From IMG/VR virus record IMGVR_UViG_2534681699_000016: a stretch of DNA of 41,425 nucleotides; one strand, given 5' to 3'. Of the stretch, positions 22,702-35,014 are shown piece after piece (within the stretch, counting starts at the first letter, position 1; every line of letters starts with the position of its first letter). The position numbers and the translations under genes are program-made. The DNA comes from a virus (taxonomy: Duplodnaviria > Heunggongvirae > Uroviricota > Caudoviricetes). The notes below the pieces were generated by a model. That model was given only the letters and a program-made list of their open reading frames with translations, was not told the origin of the DNA and ran no database searches.

Positions 22702-23418
22702 TCAGTTTGCCAGCGCCGCCTTCTGCGTCGCTACAATGGATTCGATTCCCCCTCGGGCCAGCGCCAACAAGGTGAGTAGCTCTTCATGGGTGAACGGCTC
22801 GCCTTCTGCCGTCCCCTGCACTTCAATGATGCGCCCGTCTTCGGTCATCACTACGTTCATGTCGGTCTCTGCGGCTGAGTCTTCAACGTATTCCAGATCG
22901 CAAATTGCTTCACCGTTTACAATACCGACAGAAACTGCGGCTACCATCCCTTTCATCGGGTTGGTTTTCAGCTTGCCGTTTTCCACCAGCTTCTGTAGCG
23001 CATCTGCCAGCGCCACGCAGGCACCCGTAATCGACGCGGTACGCGTGCCACCATCAGCCTGAAGCACGTCGCAGTCCAGCGTAATGGTGAACTCACCCAG
23101 CGCTTTCAAATCTACTGCCGCGCGAAGAGCACGGGCGATCAGACGCTGGATTTCCATTGTGCGTCCACCCTGCTTACCTTTCGCCGCTTCACGAGCGTTA
23201 CGGGTGTGGGTAGAACGTGGCAGCATGCCGTACTCTGCGGTGATCCAGCCCTGGCCCTGACCTTTCAGGAAGCGCGGCACGCCTTCTTCAATAGAGGCGG
23301 TACACAACACTTTGGTATCGCCAAATTCGACCAGCACCGAGCCTTCTGCATGTTTTGTATAGTTACGAGTCAGGGTAACGGGACGCACCTGATTATTGCT
23401 ACGGCCTGCTGGACGCAT
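22702..23418 (-). CDS. rph: Ribonuclease PH (full length)
   Basis: 238-aa product [37 protein letters not shown]... reading uninterrupted to ...[10 protein letters not shown]; trimmed from the ORF-track start at 23442. Confidence 0.95.
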   Translation of the reverse strand: MRPAGRSNNQVRPVTLTRNYTKHAEGSVLVEFGDTKVLCTASIEEGVPRFLKGQGQGWITAEYGMLPRSTHTRNAREAAKGKQGGRTMEIQRLIARALRAAVDLKALGEFTITLDCDVLQADGGTRTASITGACVALADALQKLVENGKLKTNPMKGMVAAVSVGIVNGEAICDLEYVEDSAAETDMNVVMTEDGRIIEVQGTAEGEPFTHEELLTLLALARGGIESIVATQKAALAN

Positions 23419-23544
23419 ATTGAAATCTCCGGCTTGAAACAAATGTGGCTGCGCATTATACGGACTTCCGGCGGTTATTCCTATCCTGACAAGGCATCGA
23501 TGGCTATAATCCTTCCACCTCTCCTTTTATAAACAGGAACGTCT

Positions 23545-24408
23545 ATGATCCGCAGTATGACCGCCTACGCCCGGCGTGAAATCAAGGGTGAATGGGGGAG
23601 CGCAACCTGGGAAATGCGCTCGGTAAACCAGCGTTATCTGGAAACTTACTTTCGTCTGCCGGAGCAGTTCCGTAGCCTTGAACCTGTCGTTCGCGAGCGT
23701 ATTCGTTCTCGCCTGACGCGCGGTAAAGTGGAATGTACCCTGCGCTATGAGCCAGATGTTAGCGCACAAGGTGAGCTGATCCTCAATGAAAAACTGGCTA
23801 AACAGCTGGTAACTGCCGCGAACTGGGTAAAAATGCAGAGTGACGAAGGGGAAATCAACCCGGTTGATATTCTGCGCTGGCCGGGCGTGATGGCAGCCCA
23901 GGAGCAGGATCTCGACGCCATTGCCGCTGAAATTCTCGCGGCGCTGGATGGTACGCTGGACGACTTTATTGTCGCGCGCGAAACCGAAGGTCAGGCACTG
24001 AAAGCATTGATCGAGCAGCGTCTGGAAGGCGTCACCGCCGAAGTGGTCAAAGTCCGCGCCCATATGCCGGAAATCCTGCAATGGCAGCGTGAGCGTCTGG
24101 TCGCGAAGCTGGAAGATGCTCAGGTTCAGTTGGAAAACAACCGTCTGGAGCAGGAGTTGGTTCTGCTGGCACAACGAATTGACGTTGCCGAAGAACTGGA
24201 CCGCCTGGAAGCGCATGTCAAAGAGACCTACAACATTCTGAAGAAAAAAGAAGCCGTTGGTCGTCGTCTGGACTTTATGATGCAGGAATTCAACCGCGAG
24301 TCGAACACTCTTGCGTCGAAATCTATCAATGCCGAAGTGACAAACTCCGCCATCGAGCTGAAAGTGTTGATTGAGCAGATGCGCGAGCAGATTCAGAATA
24401 TTGAGTAA
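23545..24408 (+). CDS. yicC: YicC-family protein (endoribonuclease YicC)
   Basis: 287-aa ORF MIRSMTAYARREIKGEWGSATWEMRSVNQRYLE... recognised as YicC; divergent from rph. Confidence 0.9.
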   Translation: MIRSMTAYARREIKGEWGSATWEMRSVNQRYLETYFRLPEQFRSLEPVVRERIRSRLTRGKVECTLRYEPDVSAQGELILNEKLAKQLVTAANWVKMQSDEGEINPVDILRWPGVMAAQEQDLDAIAAEILAALDGTLDDFIVARETEGQALKALIEQRLEGVTAEVVKVRAHMPEILQWQRERLVAKLEDAQVQLENNRLEQELVLLAQRIDVAEELDRLEAHVKETYNILKKKEAVGRRLDFMMQEFNRESNTLASKSINAEVTNSAIELKVLIEQMREQIQNIE

Positions 24409-24443
24409 CTCGTAACACTAATTCTTACTTTTCAGCCTTCACA

Positions 24444-24476
24444 AATGCCGCCCACTCAAACAGAGCGGCATTTTTC
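24444..24476 (+). terminator. Putative intrinsic terminator downstream of yicC
   Basis: Stem atgccgc / gcggcat around a 13-nt loop, followed by tttttc, about 35 nt after the yicC stop. Confidence 0.5.
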
Positions 24477-24567
24477 TTCCCCGCAACTTCAATTCTGTTT
24501 TGCGTGCCTGCTCCAGATTTTGCGATGTTTTTTTGCCCAGCACACTGAGAACGTGAGATACTCACAA

Positions 24568-24583
24568 CTGTATATAAATACAG
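24568..24583. promoter_or_regulatory. LexA operator (SOS box) upstream of dinD
   Basis: CTGTATATAAATACAG fits CTGT-N8-ACAG with an AT-rich spacer, 46 nt upstream of the dinD ATG. Confidence 0.85.
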
Positions 24584-24628
24584 TTACAGATTTACTTTCT
24601 TTGCAATCGATATCACATGGAGTGGGCA

Positions 24629-25453
24629 ATGAACGAACATCATCAACCTTTTGAAGAAATACGGCATTATGGCACTGAAGGGCAAGAATTTTGGTCAGCT
24701 AGAGAATTGGCACCGTTACTGGATTATCGGGACTGGCGCAATTTTCAAAAGGTACTGGCCCGCGCGACTCAAGCGTGCGAAGCCAGCAATCAAGCTGCAT
24801 CTGACCATTTCGTTGAAACCACCAAAATGGTTGTATTAGGTTCAGGGGCTCAACGAGAACTTGAAGATGTTCATCTCTCCCGCTATGCCTGTTACCTGGT
24901 AGTACAAAACGGCGACCCTGCGAAACCGGTTATTGCGGCAGGGCAAACTTATTTTGCTATCCAGACCCGACGGCAGGAGCTGGCTGACGATGAAGCTTTC
25001 AGGCAACTTCGTGAAGACGAAAAGCGTCTTTTTCTGAGAAATGAATTGAAAGAACATAACAAACAATTAGTTGAGGCAGCGCAGCAAGCTGGGGTAGCGA
25101 CAGCTATCGATTTCGCCATATTTCAGAATCATGGTTACCGGGGGCTGTATGGTGGATTAGATCAGAAAGCCATCCATCAGCGGAAGGGGCTGAAAAAGAG
25201 TCAGAAGATCCTGGATCATATGGGTTCAACAGAACTGGCGGCTAATCTCTTTCGAGCTACCCAAACAGAAGAAAAACTCAAGCGGGATGGCGTGAATTCA
25301 AAACAGCAAGCTAATACCACACACTTTGACGTGGGTAGCAAGGTGAGGCAAACCATTCAGGAACTTGGCGGAACCATGCCTGAGGAGTTGCCGACCCCGC
25401 AGGTCAGCATCAAGCAGTTGGAAAACAGTGTAAAAATTACAGAGAAGAAATAG
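24629..25453 (+). CDS. dinD: DNA-damage-inducible protein D
   Basis: 274-aa product beginning MNEHHQPFEEIRHYGTEGQEFW; preceded by a LexA box; ORF-track start (24617) trimmed. Confidence 0.9.
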   Translation: MNEHHQPFEEIRHYGTEGQEFWSARELAPLLDYRDWRNFQKVLARATQACEASNQAASDHFVETTKMVVLGSGAQRELEDVHLSRYACYLVVQNGDPAKPVIAAGQTYFAIQTRRQELADDEAFRQLREDEKRLFLRNELKEHNKQLVEAAQQAGVATAIDFAIFQNHGYRGLYGGLDQKAIHQRKGLKKSQKILDHMGSTELAANLFRATQTEEKLKRDGVNSKQQANTTHFDVGSKVRQTIQELGGTMPEELPTPQVSIKQLENSVKITEKK

Positions 25454-25743
25454 CAGAAACTAAAAACTCTTTTTGTTGATTGAGACACCCGATGCGTAAG
25501 CCAAGGTCCAGGTGCAGTGAACACAATGGCTAAATATTGCACCTTTCTTTTCCCCCCTCAGTTTTAACCTATTTTTTCTTATGAATTTTCTCAGACAAGA
25601 AGTCAGAAGAATGCATCTCTGCTACAGAAAATAGCGATTTCACATAACTACAAGTTATCAATTTCCCCTCACCTTAAAAAATCTCAATCGTGACAATGCG
25701 CACAAATCGCTACCCTGCCAGACAGATTTTTAGGGAGAGAACC

Positions 25744-28921
<3,178 letters not shown>

Positions 28922-28975
28922 ACCTGATTTCAGTATCATGCCCAGTCATTTCTTCACCTGTGGAGCTTTTTAAGT

Positions 28976-29251
28976 ATGGCACGCGTAACTGTTCAGGACG
29001 CTGTAGAGAAAATTGGTAACCGTTTTGACCTGGTACTGGTCGCCGCGCGTCGCGCTCGTCAGATGCAGGTAGGCGGAAAGGATCCGCTGGGACCGGAAGA
29101 AAACGATAAAACCACTGTAATCGCGCTGCGCGAAATCGAAGAAGGTCTGATCAACAACCAGATCCTCGACGTTCGCGAACGCCAGGAACAGCAAGAGCAG
29201 GAAGCCGCTGAATTACAAGCCGTTACCGCTATTGCTGAAGGTCGTCGTTAA
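28976..29251 (+). CDS. rpoZ: RNA polymerase omega subunit
   Basis: 91-aa [34 protein letters not shown]... recognised as RpoZ; 18 bp upstream of spoT. Confidence 0.95.
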   Translation: MARVTVQDAVEKIGNRFDLVLVAARRARQMQVGGKDPLGPEENDKTTVIALREIEEGLINNQILDVRERQEQQEQEAAELQAVTAIAEGRR

Positions 29252-29269
29252 TCACAAAGCGGGTCGCCC

Positions 29270-31378
29270 TTGTATCTGTTTGAAAGCCTGAATCAACTGA
29301 TTCAAACCTACCTGCCGGAAGACCAAATCAAGCGTCTGCGGCAGGCGTATCTCGTTGCACGTGATGCTCACGAGGGGCAAACACGTTCAAGCGGTGAACC
29401 CTATATCACGCACCCGGTAGCGGTTGCCTGCATTCTGGCCGAGATGAAACTCGACTATGAAACGCTGATGGCGGCGCTGCTGCATGACGTGATTGAAGAT
29501 ACTCCCGCCACCTACCAGGATATGGAACAGCTTTTTGGTAAAAGCGTCGCCGAGCTGGTAGAGGGGGTGTCGAAACTTGATAAACTCAAATTCCGCGATA
29601 AGAAAGAGGCGCAGGCCGAAAACTTTCGCAAGATGATTATGGCGATGGTGCAGGATATCCGCGTCATCCTCATCAAACTTGCCGACCGTACCCACAACAT
29701 GCGCACGCTGGGCTCACTTCGCCCGGACAAACGTCGCCGCATCGCCCGTGAAACTCTCGAAATTTACAGCCCGCTGGCGCACCGTTTAGGTATCCACCAC
29801 ATTAAAACCGAACTCGAAGAGCTGGGTTTTGAGGCGCTGTATCCCAATCGTTACCGCGTAATTAAAGAAGTGGTGAAAGCCGCGCGCGGCAACCGTAAAG
29901 AGATGATCCAAAAAATCCTCTCTGAAATCGAAGGGCGTTTGCAGGAAGCGGGAATACCGTGCCGCGTCAGTGGTCGCGAAAAGCATCTTTATTCGATTTA
30001 CTGCAAAATGGTGCTCAAAGAGCAGCGTTTTCACTCAATCATGGACATCTACGCTTTCCGCGTGATCGTCAATGATTCTGACACCTGTTATCGCGTGCTG
30101 GGCCAGATGCACAGCCTGTACAAGCCGCGTCCGGGCCGCGTGAAAGACTATATCGCCATTCCAAAAGCGAACGGCTATCAGTCGTTGCACACCTCGATGA
30201 TTGGCCCGCACGGCGTGCCGGTTGAGGTCCAGATCCGTACCGAAGATATGGATCAGATGGCGGAGATGGGTGTTGCCGCGCACTGGGCTTATAAAGAGCA
30301 CGGCGAAACCAGTACTACCGCACAAATCCGCGCCCAGCGCTGGATGCAAAGCCTGCTGGAGCTGCAACAGAGCGCCGGTAGTTCGTTTGAATTTATCGAG
30401 AGCGTTAAATCCGATCTCTTCCCGGATGAGATTTACGTTTTCACACCGGAAGGGCGCATTGTCGAGCTGCCTGCCGGTGCAACGCCCGTCGACTTCGCTT
30501 ATGCAGTGCATACCGATATCGGTCATGCCTGCGTGGGCGCACGCGTTGACCGCCAGCCTTACCCGCTGTCGCAGCCGCTTACCAGCGGTCAAACCGTTGA
30601 AATCATTACCGCTCCGGGCGCTCGCCCGAATGCCGCTTGGCTGAACTTTGTCGTTAGCTCGAAAGCGCGCGCCAAAATTCGTCAGTTGCTGAAAAACCTC
30701 AAGCGTGATGATTCTGTAAGCCTGGGCCGTCGTCTGCTCAACCATGCTTTGGGTGGTAGCCGTAAGCTGAATGAAATCCCGCAGGAAAATATTCAGCGCG
30801 AGCTGGATCGCATGAAGCTGGCAACGCTTGACGATCTGCTGGCAGAAATCGGACTTGGTAACGCAATGAGCGTGGTGGTCGCGAAAAATCTGCAACATGG
30901 GGACGCCTCCATTCCACCGGCAACCCAAAGCCACGGACATCTGCCCATTAAAGGTGCCGATGGCGTGCTGATCACCTTTGCGAAATGCTGCCGCCCTATT
31001 CCTGGCGACCCGATTATCGCCCACGTCAGCCCCGGTAAAGGTCTGGTGATCCACCATGAATCCTGCCGTAATATCCGTGGCTACCAGAAAGAGCCAGAGA
31101 AGTTTATGGCTGTGGAATGGGATAAAGAGACGGCGCAGGAGTTCATCACCGAAATCAAGGTGGAGATGTTCAATCATCAGGGTGCGCTGGCAAACCTGAC
31201 GGCGGCAATTAACACCACGACTTCGAATATTCAAAGTTTGAATACGGAAGAGAAAGATGGTCGCGTCTACAGCGCCTTTATTCGTCTGACCGCTCGTGAC
31301 CGTGTGCATCTGGCGAATATCATGCGCAAAATCCGCGTGATGCCAGACGTGATTAAAGTCACCCGAAACCGAAATTAA
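29270..31378 (+). CDS. spoT: Bifunctional (p)ppGpp synthetase II / guanosine-3',5'-bis(diphosphate) 3'-pyrophosphohydrolase
   Basis: 702-aa ORF with HD hydrolase motif (HPVAVACILAEMKLDYETLMAALLHDVIEDT), synthetase domain, TGS and ACT regions; first codon at 29270..29272 is TTG. Confidence 0.95.
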   Translation: MYLFESLNQLIQTYLPEDQIKRLRQAYLVARDAHEGQTRSSGEPYITHPVAVACILAEMKLDYETLMAALLHDVIEDTPATYQDMEQLFGKSVAELVEGVSKLDKLKFRDKKEAQAENFRKMIMAMVQDIRVILIKLADRTHNMRTLGSLRPDKRRRIARETLEIYSPLAHRLGIHHIKTELEELGFEALYPNRYRVIKEVVKAARGNRKEMIQKILSEIEGRLQEAGIPCRVSGREKHLYSIYCKMVLKEQRFHSIMDIYAFRVIVNDSDTCYRVLGQMHSLYKPRPGRVKDYIAIPKANGYQSLHTSMIGPHGVPVEVQIRTEDMDQMAEMGVAAHWAYKEHGETSTTAQIRAQRWMQSLLELQQSAGSSFEFIESVKSDLFPDEIYVFTPEGRIVELPAGATPVDFAYAVHTDIGHACVGARVDRQPYPLSQPLTSGQTVEIITAPGARPNAAWLNFVVSSKARAKIRQLLKNLKRDDSVSLGRRLLNHALGGSRKLNEIPQENIQRELDRMKLATLDDLLAEIGLGNAMSVVVAKNLQHGDASIPPATQSHGHLPIKGADGVLITFAKCCRPIPGDPIIAHVSPGKGLVIHHESCRNIRGYQKEPEKFMAVEWDKETAQEFITEIKVEMFNHQGALANLTAAINTTTSNIQSLNTEEKDGRVYSAFIRLTARDRVHLANIMRKIRVMPDVIKVTRNRN

Positions 31379-31384
31379 TGTTTT

Positions 31385-32074
31385 ATGAACCCAACACGTT
31401 ATGCACGCATCTGCGAAATGCTCGCCAGGCGGCAGCCTGATCTGACCGTCTGCATGGAGCAGGTCCACAAACCTCATAACGTTTCTGCGATTATTCGTAC
31501 CGCAGATGCCGTTGGCGTACATGAAGTTCACGCCGTCTGGCCTGGTAGCCGCATGCGCACCATGGCTTCGGCAGCTGCGGGTAGTAACAGCTGGGTACAG
31601 GGGAAAACACACCGCACCATTGGCGATGCCGTCGCTCATCTCAAAGGCCAGGGCATGCAGATTCTGGCAACCCATCTTTCTGATAACGCTGTCGATTTCC
31701 GCGAAATTGATTACACTCGCCCGACCTGCATTTTGATGGGACAGGAGAAAACGGGCATCACGCAGGAAGCATTGGCCCTGGCGGATCAGGACATCATCAT
31801 TCCGATGATCGGCATGGTGCAGTCGCTGAATGTTTCCGTTGCCTCAGCCCTCATTCTTTACGAAGCCCAGCGTCAGCGGCAAAATGCAGGCATGTACCTG
31901 CGTGAAAACAGCATGTTGCCGGAAGCAGAGCAACAACGCCTGTTGTTTGAAGGCGGCTATCCGGTGCTGGCGAAAGTCGCAAAACGCAAAGGCCTGCCTT
32001 ATCCCCACGTCAATCAGCAAGGCGAGATCGAAGCTGATGCCGACTGGTGGGCTACTATGCAGGCTGCAGGGTAA
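31385..32074 (+). CDS. trmH: tRNA (guanosine18-2'-O)-methyltransferase (SPOUT family)
   Basis: 229-aa ORF starting 6 bp after the spoT stop; SpoU-type methyltransferase, recognised TrmH sequence. Confidence 0.93.
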   Translation: MNPTRYARICEMLARRQPDLTVCMEQVHKPHNVSAIIRTADAVGVHEVHAVWPGSRMRTMASAAAGSNSWVQGKTHRTIGDAVAHLKGQGMQILATHLSDNAVDFREIDYTRPTCILMGQEKTGITQEALALADQDIIIPMIGMVQSLNVSVASALILYEAQRQRQNAGMYLRENSMLPEAEQQRLLFEGGYPVLAKVAKRKGLPYPHVNQQGEIEADADWWATMQAAG

Positions 32075-32079
32075 GTGCC

Positions 32080-34161
32080 ATGAAAGGTCGCCTGTTAGAT
32101 GCTGTCCCACTCAGTTCCCTAACGGGCGTTGGCGCAGCACTTAGTAACAAACTGGCGAAAATCAACCTGCATACCGTGCAGGATCTACTCTTACACCTTC
32201 CCCTGCGCTACGAAGATCGCACCCATCTCTACCCCATCGGAGAACTACTGCCGGGCGTTTATGCCACGGTGGAAGGCGAAGTGCTGAACTGCAATATCTC
32301 CTTCGGCGGTCGGCGGATGATGACCTGCCAGATCAGCGACGGTTCCGGCATCCTCACCATGCGCTTTTTCAATTTCAGCGCGGCAATGAAAAATAGCCTG
32401 GCGGCGGGCCGCCGTGTACTGGCTTATGGCGAAGCAAAGCGCGGTAAATATGGTGCGGAGATGATCCACCCGGAATACCGCGTGCAGGGCGATCTCAGCA
32501 CGCCAGAATTACAGGAAACGCTCACGCCGGTTTATCCAACAACGGAAGGCGTAAAGCAGGCCACGCTGCGTAAATTAACCGACCAGGCGCTGGATCTGCT
32601 CGACACCTGCGCCATTGAAGAACTCCTGCCGCCGGAACTGTCACAAGGAATGATGACGCTACCGGAAGCGTTGCGCACTTTGCACCGCCCGCCACCGACG
32701 CTACAGCTTAGCGATCTGGAAACCGGGCAGCATCCGGCGCAACGTCGTCTGATTCTGGAAGAACTGCTGGCGCACAACCTCAGCATGTTAGCCTTACGTG
32801 CCGGAGCACAGCGTTTTCATGCCCAGCCGCTGAGCGCCAATGACACGCTGAAAAATAAACTCCTCGCCGCCTTACCGTTCAAGCCAACGGGCGCACAGGC
32901 ACGCGTAGTGGCGGAGATCGAGCGCGATATGGCGCTGGATGTGCCGATGATGCGTCTGGTGCAGGGCGATGTAGGTTCCGGTAAAACGCTGGTCGCCGCC
33001 CTCGCCGCGTTGCGTGCGATTGCCCACGGCAAACAGGTAGCATTGATGGCACCAACCGAATTACTCGCCGAGCAGCACGCCAATAACTTCCGCAACTGGT
33101 TTGCACCGCTCGGTATCGAAGTGGGCTGGCTCGCCGGTAAGCAGAAAGGTAAAGCACGGCTGGCACAGCAGGAAGCCATCGCCAGCGGTCAGGTGCAGAT
33201 GATTGTCGGTACACACGCCATCTTCCAGGAACAGGTGCAGTTTAACGGCCTAGCGCTGGTGATTATCGACGAACAGCATCGTTTTGGCGTGCATCAGCGT
33301 CTGGCATTGTGGGAGAAAGGCCAGCAGCAGGGCTTCCATCCGCATCAGTTGATCATGACCGCCACGCCGATCCCCCGCACGCTGGCAATGACTGCGTATG
33401 CCGATCTCGATACCTCGGTGATAGATGAGCTGCCGCCAGGCCGCACGCCAGTGACTACGGTCGCTATTCCTGATACCCGCCGTACCGACATCATTGACCG
33501 CGTGCACCACGCCTGCATAACTGAAGGTCGTCAGGCATACTGGGTTTGTACGTTGATTGAAGAGTCGGAATTGCTGGAAGCGCAGGCGGCGGAAGCTACC
33601 TGGGAAGAGTTGAAACTGGCGCTACCAGAGTTGAACGTTGGCCTGGTACACGGGCGGATGAACCCTGCCGAGAAACAGGCGGTGATGGCGTCGTTTAAAC
33701 AAGGTGAGCTACACCTGCTGGTTGCCACAACCGTTATTGAAGTCGGCGTTGATGTGCCTAACGCCAGTCTGATGATTATCGAAAACCCGGAGCGTCTGGG
33801 TCTGGCGCAGTTACACCAGCTTCGCGGGCGTGTAGGTCGTGGTGCGGTGGCTTCTCACTGCGTGCTGCTCTACAAAACGCCGCTCTCCAAAACCGCGCAA
33901 ATTCGGCTGCAAGTGCTGCGCGACAGCAACGACGGTTTTGTGATTGCACAGAAAGACTTAGAGATTCGCGGACCGGGTGAACTGTTAGGTACGCGTCAGA
34001 CGGGTAATGCTGAGTTTAAAGTGGCGGATTTACTGCGCGATCAGGCGATGATCCCGGAAGTTCAGCGCCTGGCGCGACATATTCACGAACGTTACCCACA
34101 ACAAGCAAAAGCCCTGATAGAACGCTGGATGCCGGAGACGGAACGTTACTCCAACGCATGA
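32080..34161 (+). CDS. recG: ATP-dependent DNA helicase RecG
   Basis: 693-aa product MKGRLLDAVPLSSLTGVGAAL... with Walker A (GDVGSGKT), DEQH box (IIDEQHRFG) and helicase C motifs; ORF-track start (32047, overlapping trmH) trimmed to the ATG at 32080. Confidence 0.95.
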   Translation: MKGRLLDAVPLSSLTGVGAALSNKLAKINLHTVQDLLLHLPLRYEDRTHLYPIGELLPGVYATVEGEVLNCNISFGGRRMMTCQISDGSGILTMRFFNFSAAMKNSLAAGRRVLAYGEAKRGKYGAEMIHPEYRVQGDLSTPELQETLTPVYPTTEGVKQATLRKLTDQALDLLDTCAIEELLPPELSQGMMTLPEALRTLHRPPPTLQLSDLETGQHPAQRRLILEELLAHNLSMLALRAGAQRFHAQPLSANDTLKNKLLAALPFKPTGAQARVVAEIERDMALDVPMMRLVQGDVGSGKTLVAALAALRAIAHGKQVALMAPTELLAEQHANNFRNWFAPLGIEVGWLAGKQKGKARLAQQEAIASGQVQMIVGTHAIFQEQVQFNGLALVIIDEQHRFGVHQRLALWEKGQQQGFHPHQLIMTATPIPRTLAMTAYADLDTSVIDELPPGRTPVTTVAIPDTRRTDIIDRVHHACITEGRQAYWVCTLIEESELLEAQAAEATWEELKLALPELNVGLVHGRMNPAEKQAVMASFKQGELHLLVATTVIEVGVDVPNASLMIIENPERLGLAQLHQLRGRVGRGAVASHCVLLYKTPLSKTAQIRLQVLRDSNDGFVIAQKDLEIRGPGELLGTRQTGNAEFKVADLLRDQAMIPEVQRLARHIHERYPQQAKALIERWMPETERYSNA

Positions 34162-35012
34162 CCAGACTCATCACAAGACAAGTCACGCAGTAAATCTTCA
34201 ATCTGGATAGTGAGGATATCCATTGCCTCATACGCATCCTGTGCAATTCGCGCCGCCATTGCGCCTTCCGGTTCACCACGCAGAATTTCAGCCGCTGCCT
34301 GTACGCCAGCCACAATCATTTCAGGTGTTAACATTTGGCGAAGAAAAGCGCGATTATCAGAGGACCAGCCATCTTTATGGCCTAATGGATGCCCCCAGCC
34401 TATCCATTCTTGCGACCATAACGGATTGGCTTCTATGGGATAAATTAGATGCGCGGCATACTGAATAGCACACACCGCTTTTCCTGGCGTATCCAGCGCC
34501 CACCAGCGCGACCAGAGAGAACGAATTAACGGCGCGGCCCCACCCAGAGTATTGAACACCGCCAGCCAGCAAAGAACGTTATTGAAACCACGCTCGTTAT
34601 CCATACGCTGCAACGCGGTGTCCAGTAAAAATTGCCGTACCTGCTGGCGTTGGGAAGCATTCATCATCTCCTGCCAGAGATAGGGCCGACACAATGCCTT
34701 CATTAAGGATTCTTCGAAGTGATCACCATAACCGCCAGCTAAAACGGTTTCATGCCATTGCGCCAGGCAGAGCGGAAACAGATAGCGAAACAACTCTATT
34801 TGCATCGGTTCGTTATAAACGAGATTGAGTACATAGTAAGCACTCAAATCCCATTCGCTGATCTGCTGCCACTCTTTAGCCGCCAGCGCCTTGAGTTCGG
34901 CATCTGCGTAATCAAATTCCGTTTCCCATACACAGAGCACTGGCGGCTCATCACCAAAAATATGGCGACAGTGTTCACGTAGCGTTTCCGGTTCCTTCCG
35001 ACGCTTTTTCAT
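34146..35012 (-). CDS. Hypothetical cytoplasmic protein of unknown function (288 aa), downstream of and translationally coupled to gltS
   Basis: Uninterrupted 867-nt ORF with an ATG start 2 nt after the gltS stop; no predicted transmembrane segments; Trp-rich; host-like base composition; 3' end overlaps the convergent recG stop by 16 nt. I do not recognise the family. Confidence 0.6.
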   Translation of the reverse strand: MKKRRKEPETLREHCRHIFGDEPPVLCVWETEFDYADAELKALAAKEWQQISEWDLSAYYVLNLVYNEPMQIELFRYLFPLCLAQWHETVLAGGYGDHFEESLMKALCRPYLWQEMMNASQRQQVRQFLLDTALQRMDNERGFNNVLCWLAVFNTLGGAAPLIRSLWSRWWALDTPGKAVCAIQYAAHLIYPIEANPLWSQEWIGWGHPLGHKDGWSSDNRAFLRQMLTPEMIVAGVQAAAEILRGEPEGAMAARIAQDAYEAMDILTIQIEDLLRDLSCDESGHALE

Positions 35013-35014
35013 TT

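Noticed and set aside
25454-25743. 290-bp dinD-yicG intergenic region and the 61-aa minus-strand ORF 25357..25542
   Set aside because: No convincing start context, conservation signal or structured element that I could identify; the small ORF overlaps the dinD 3' end and is most likely spurious.
30035-31675. 546-aa ORF antisense to spoT and trmH
   Set aside because: Lies entirely opposite two well-recognised, conserved genes in GC-rich stop-poor sequence; no recognisable protein features; a typical shadow ORF.
32817-33214. Minus-strand ORFs (120 and 111 aa, plus several shorter ones to 33728) inside recG
   Set aside because: Antisense to recG, Ala/Arg/Ser/Cys-rich low-complexity translations; no independent support.
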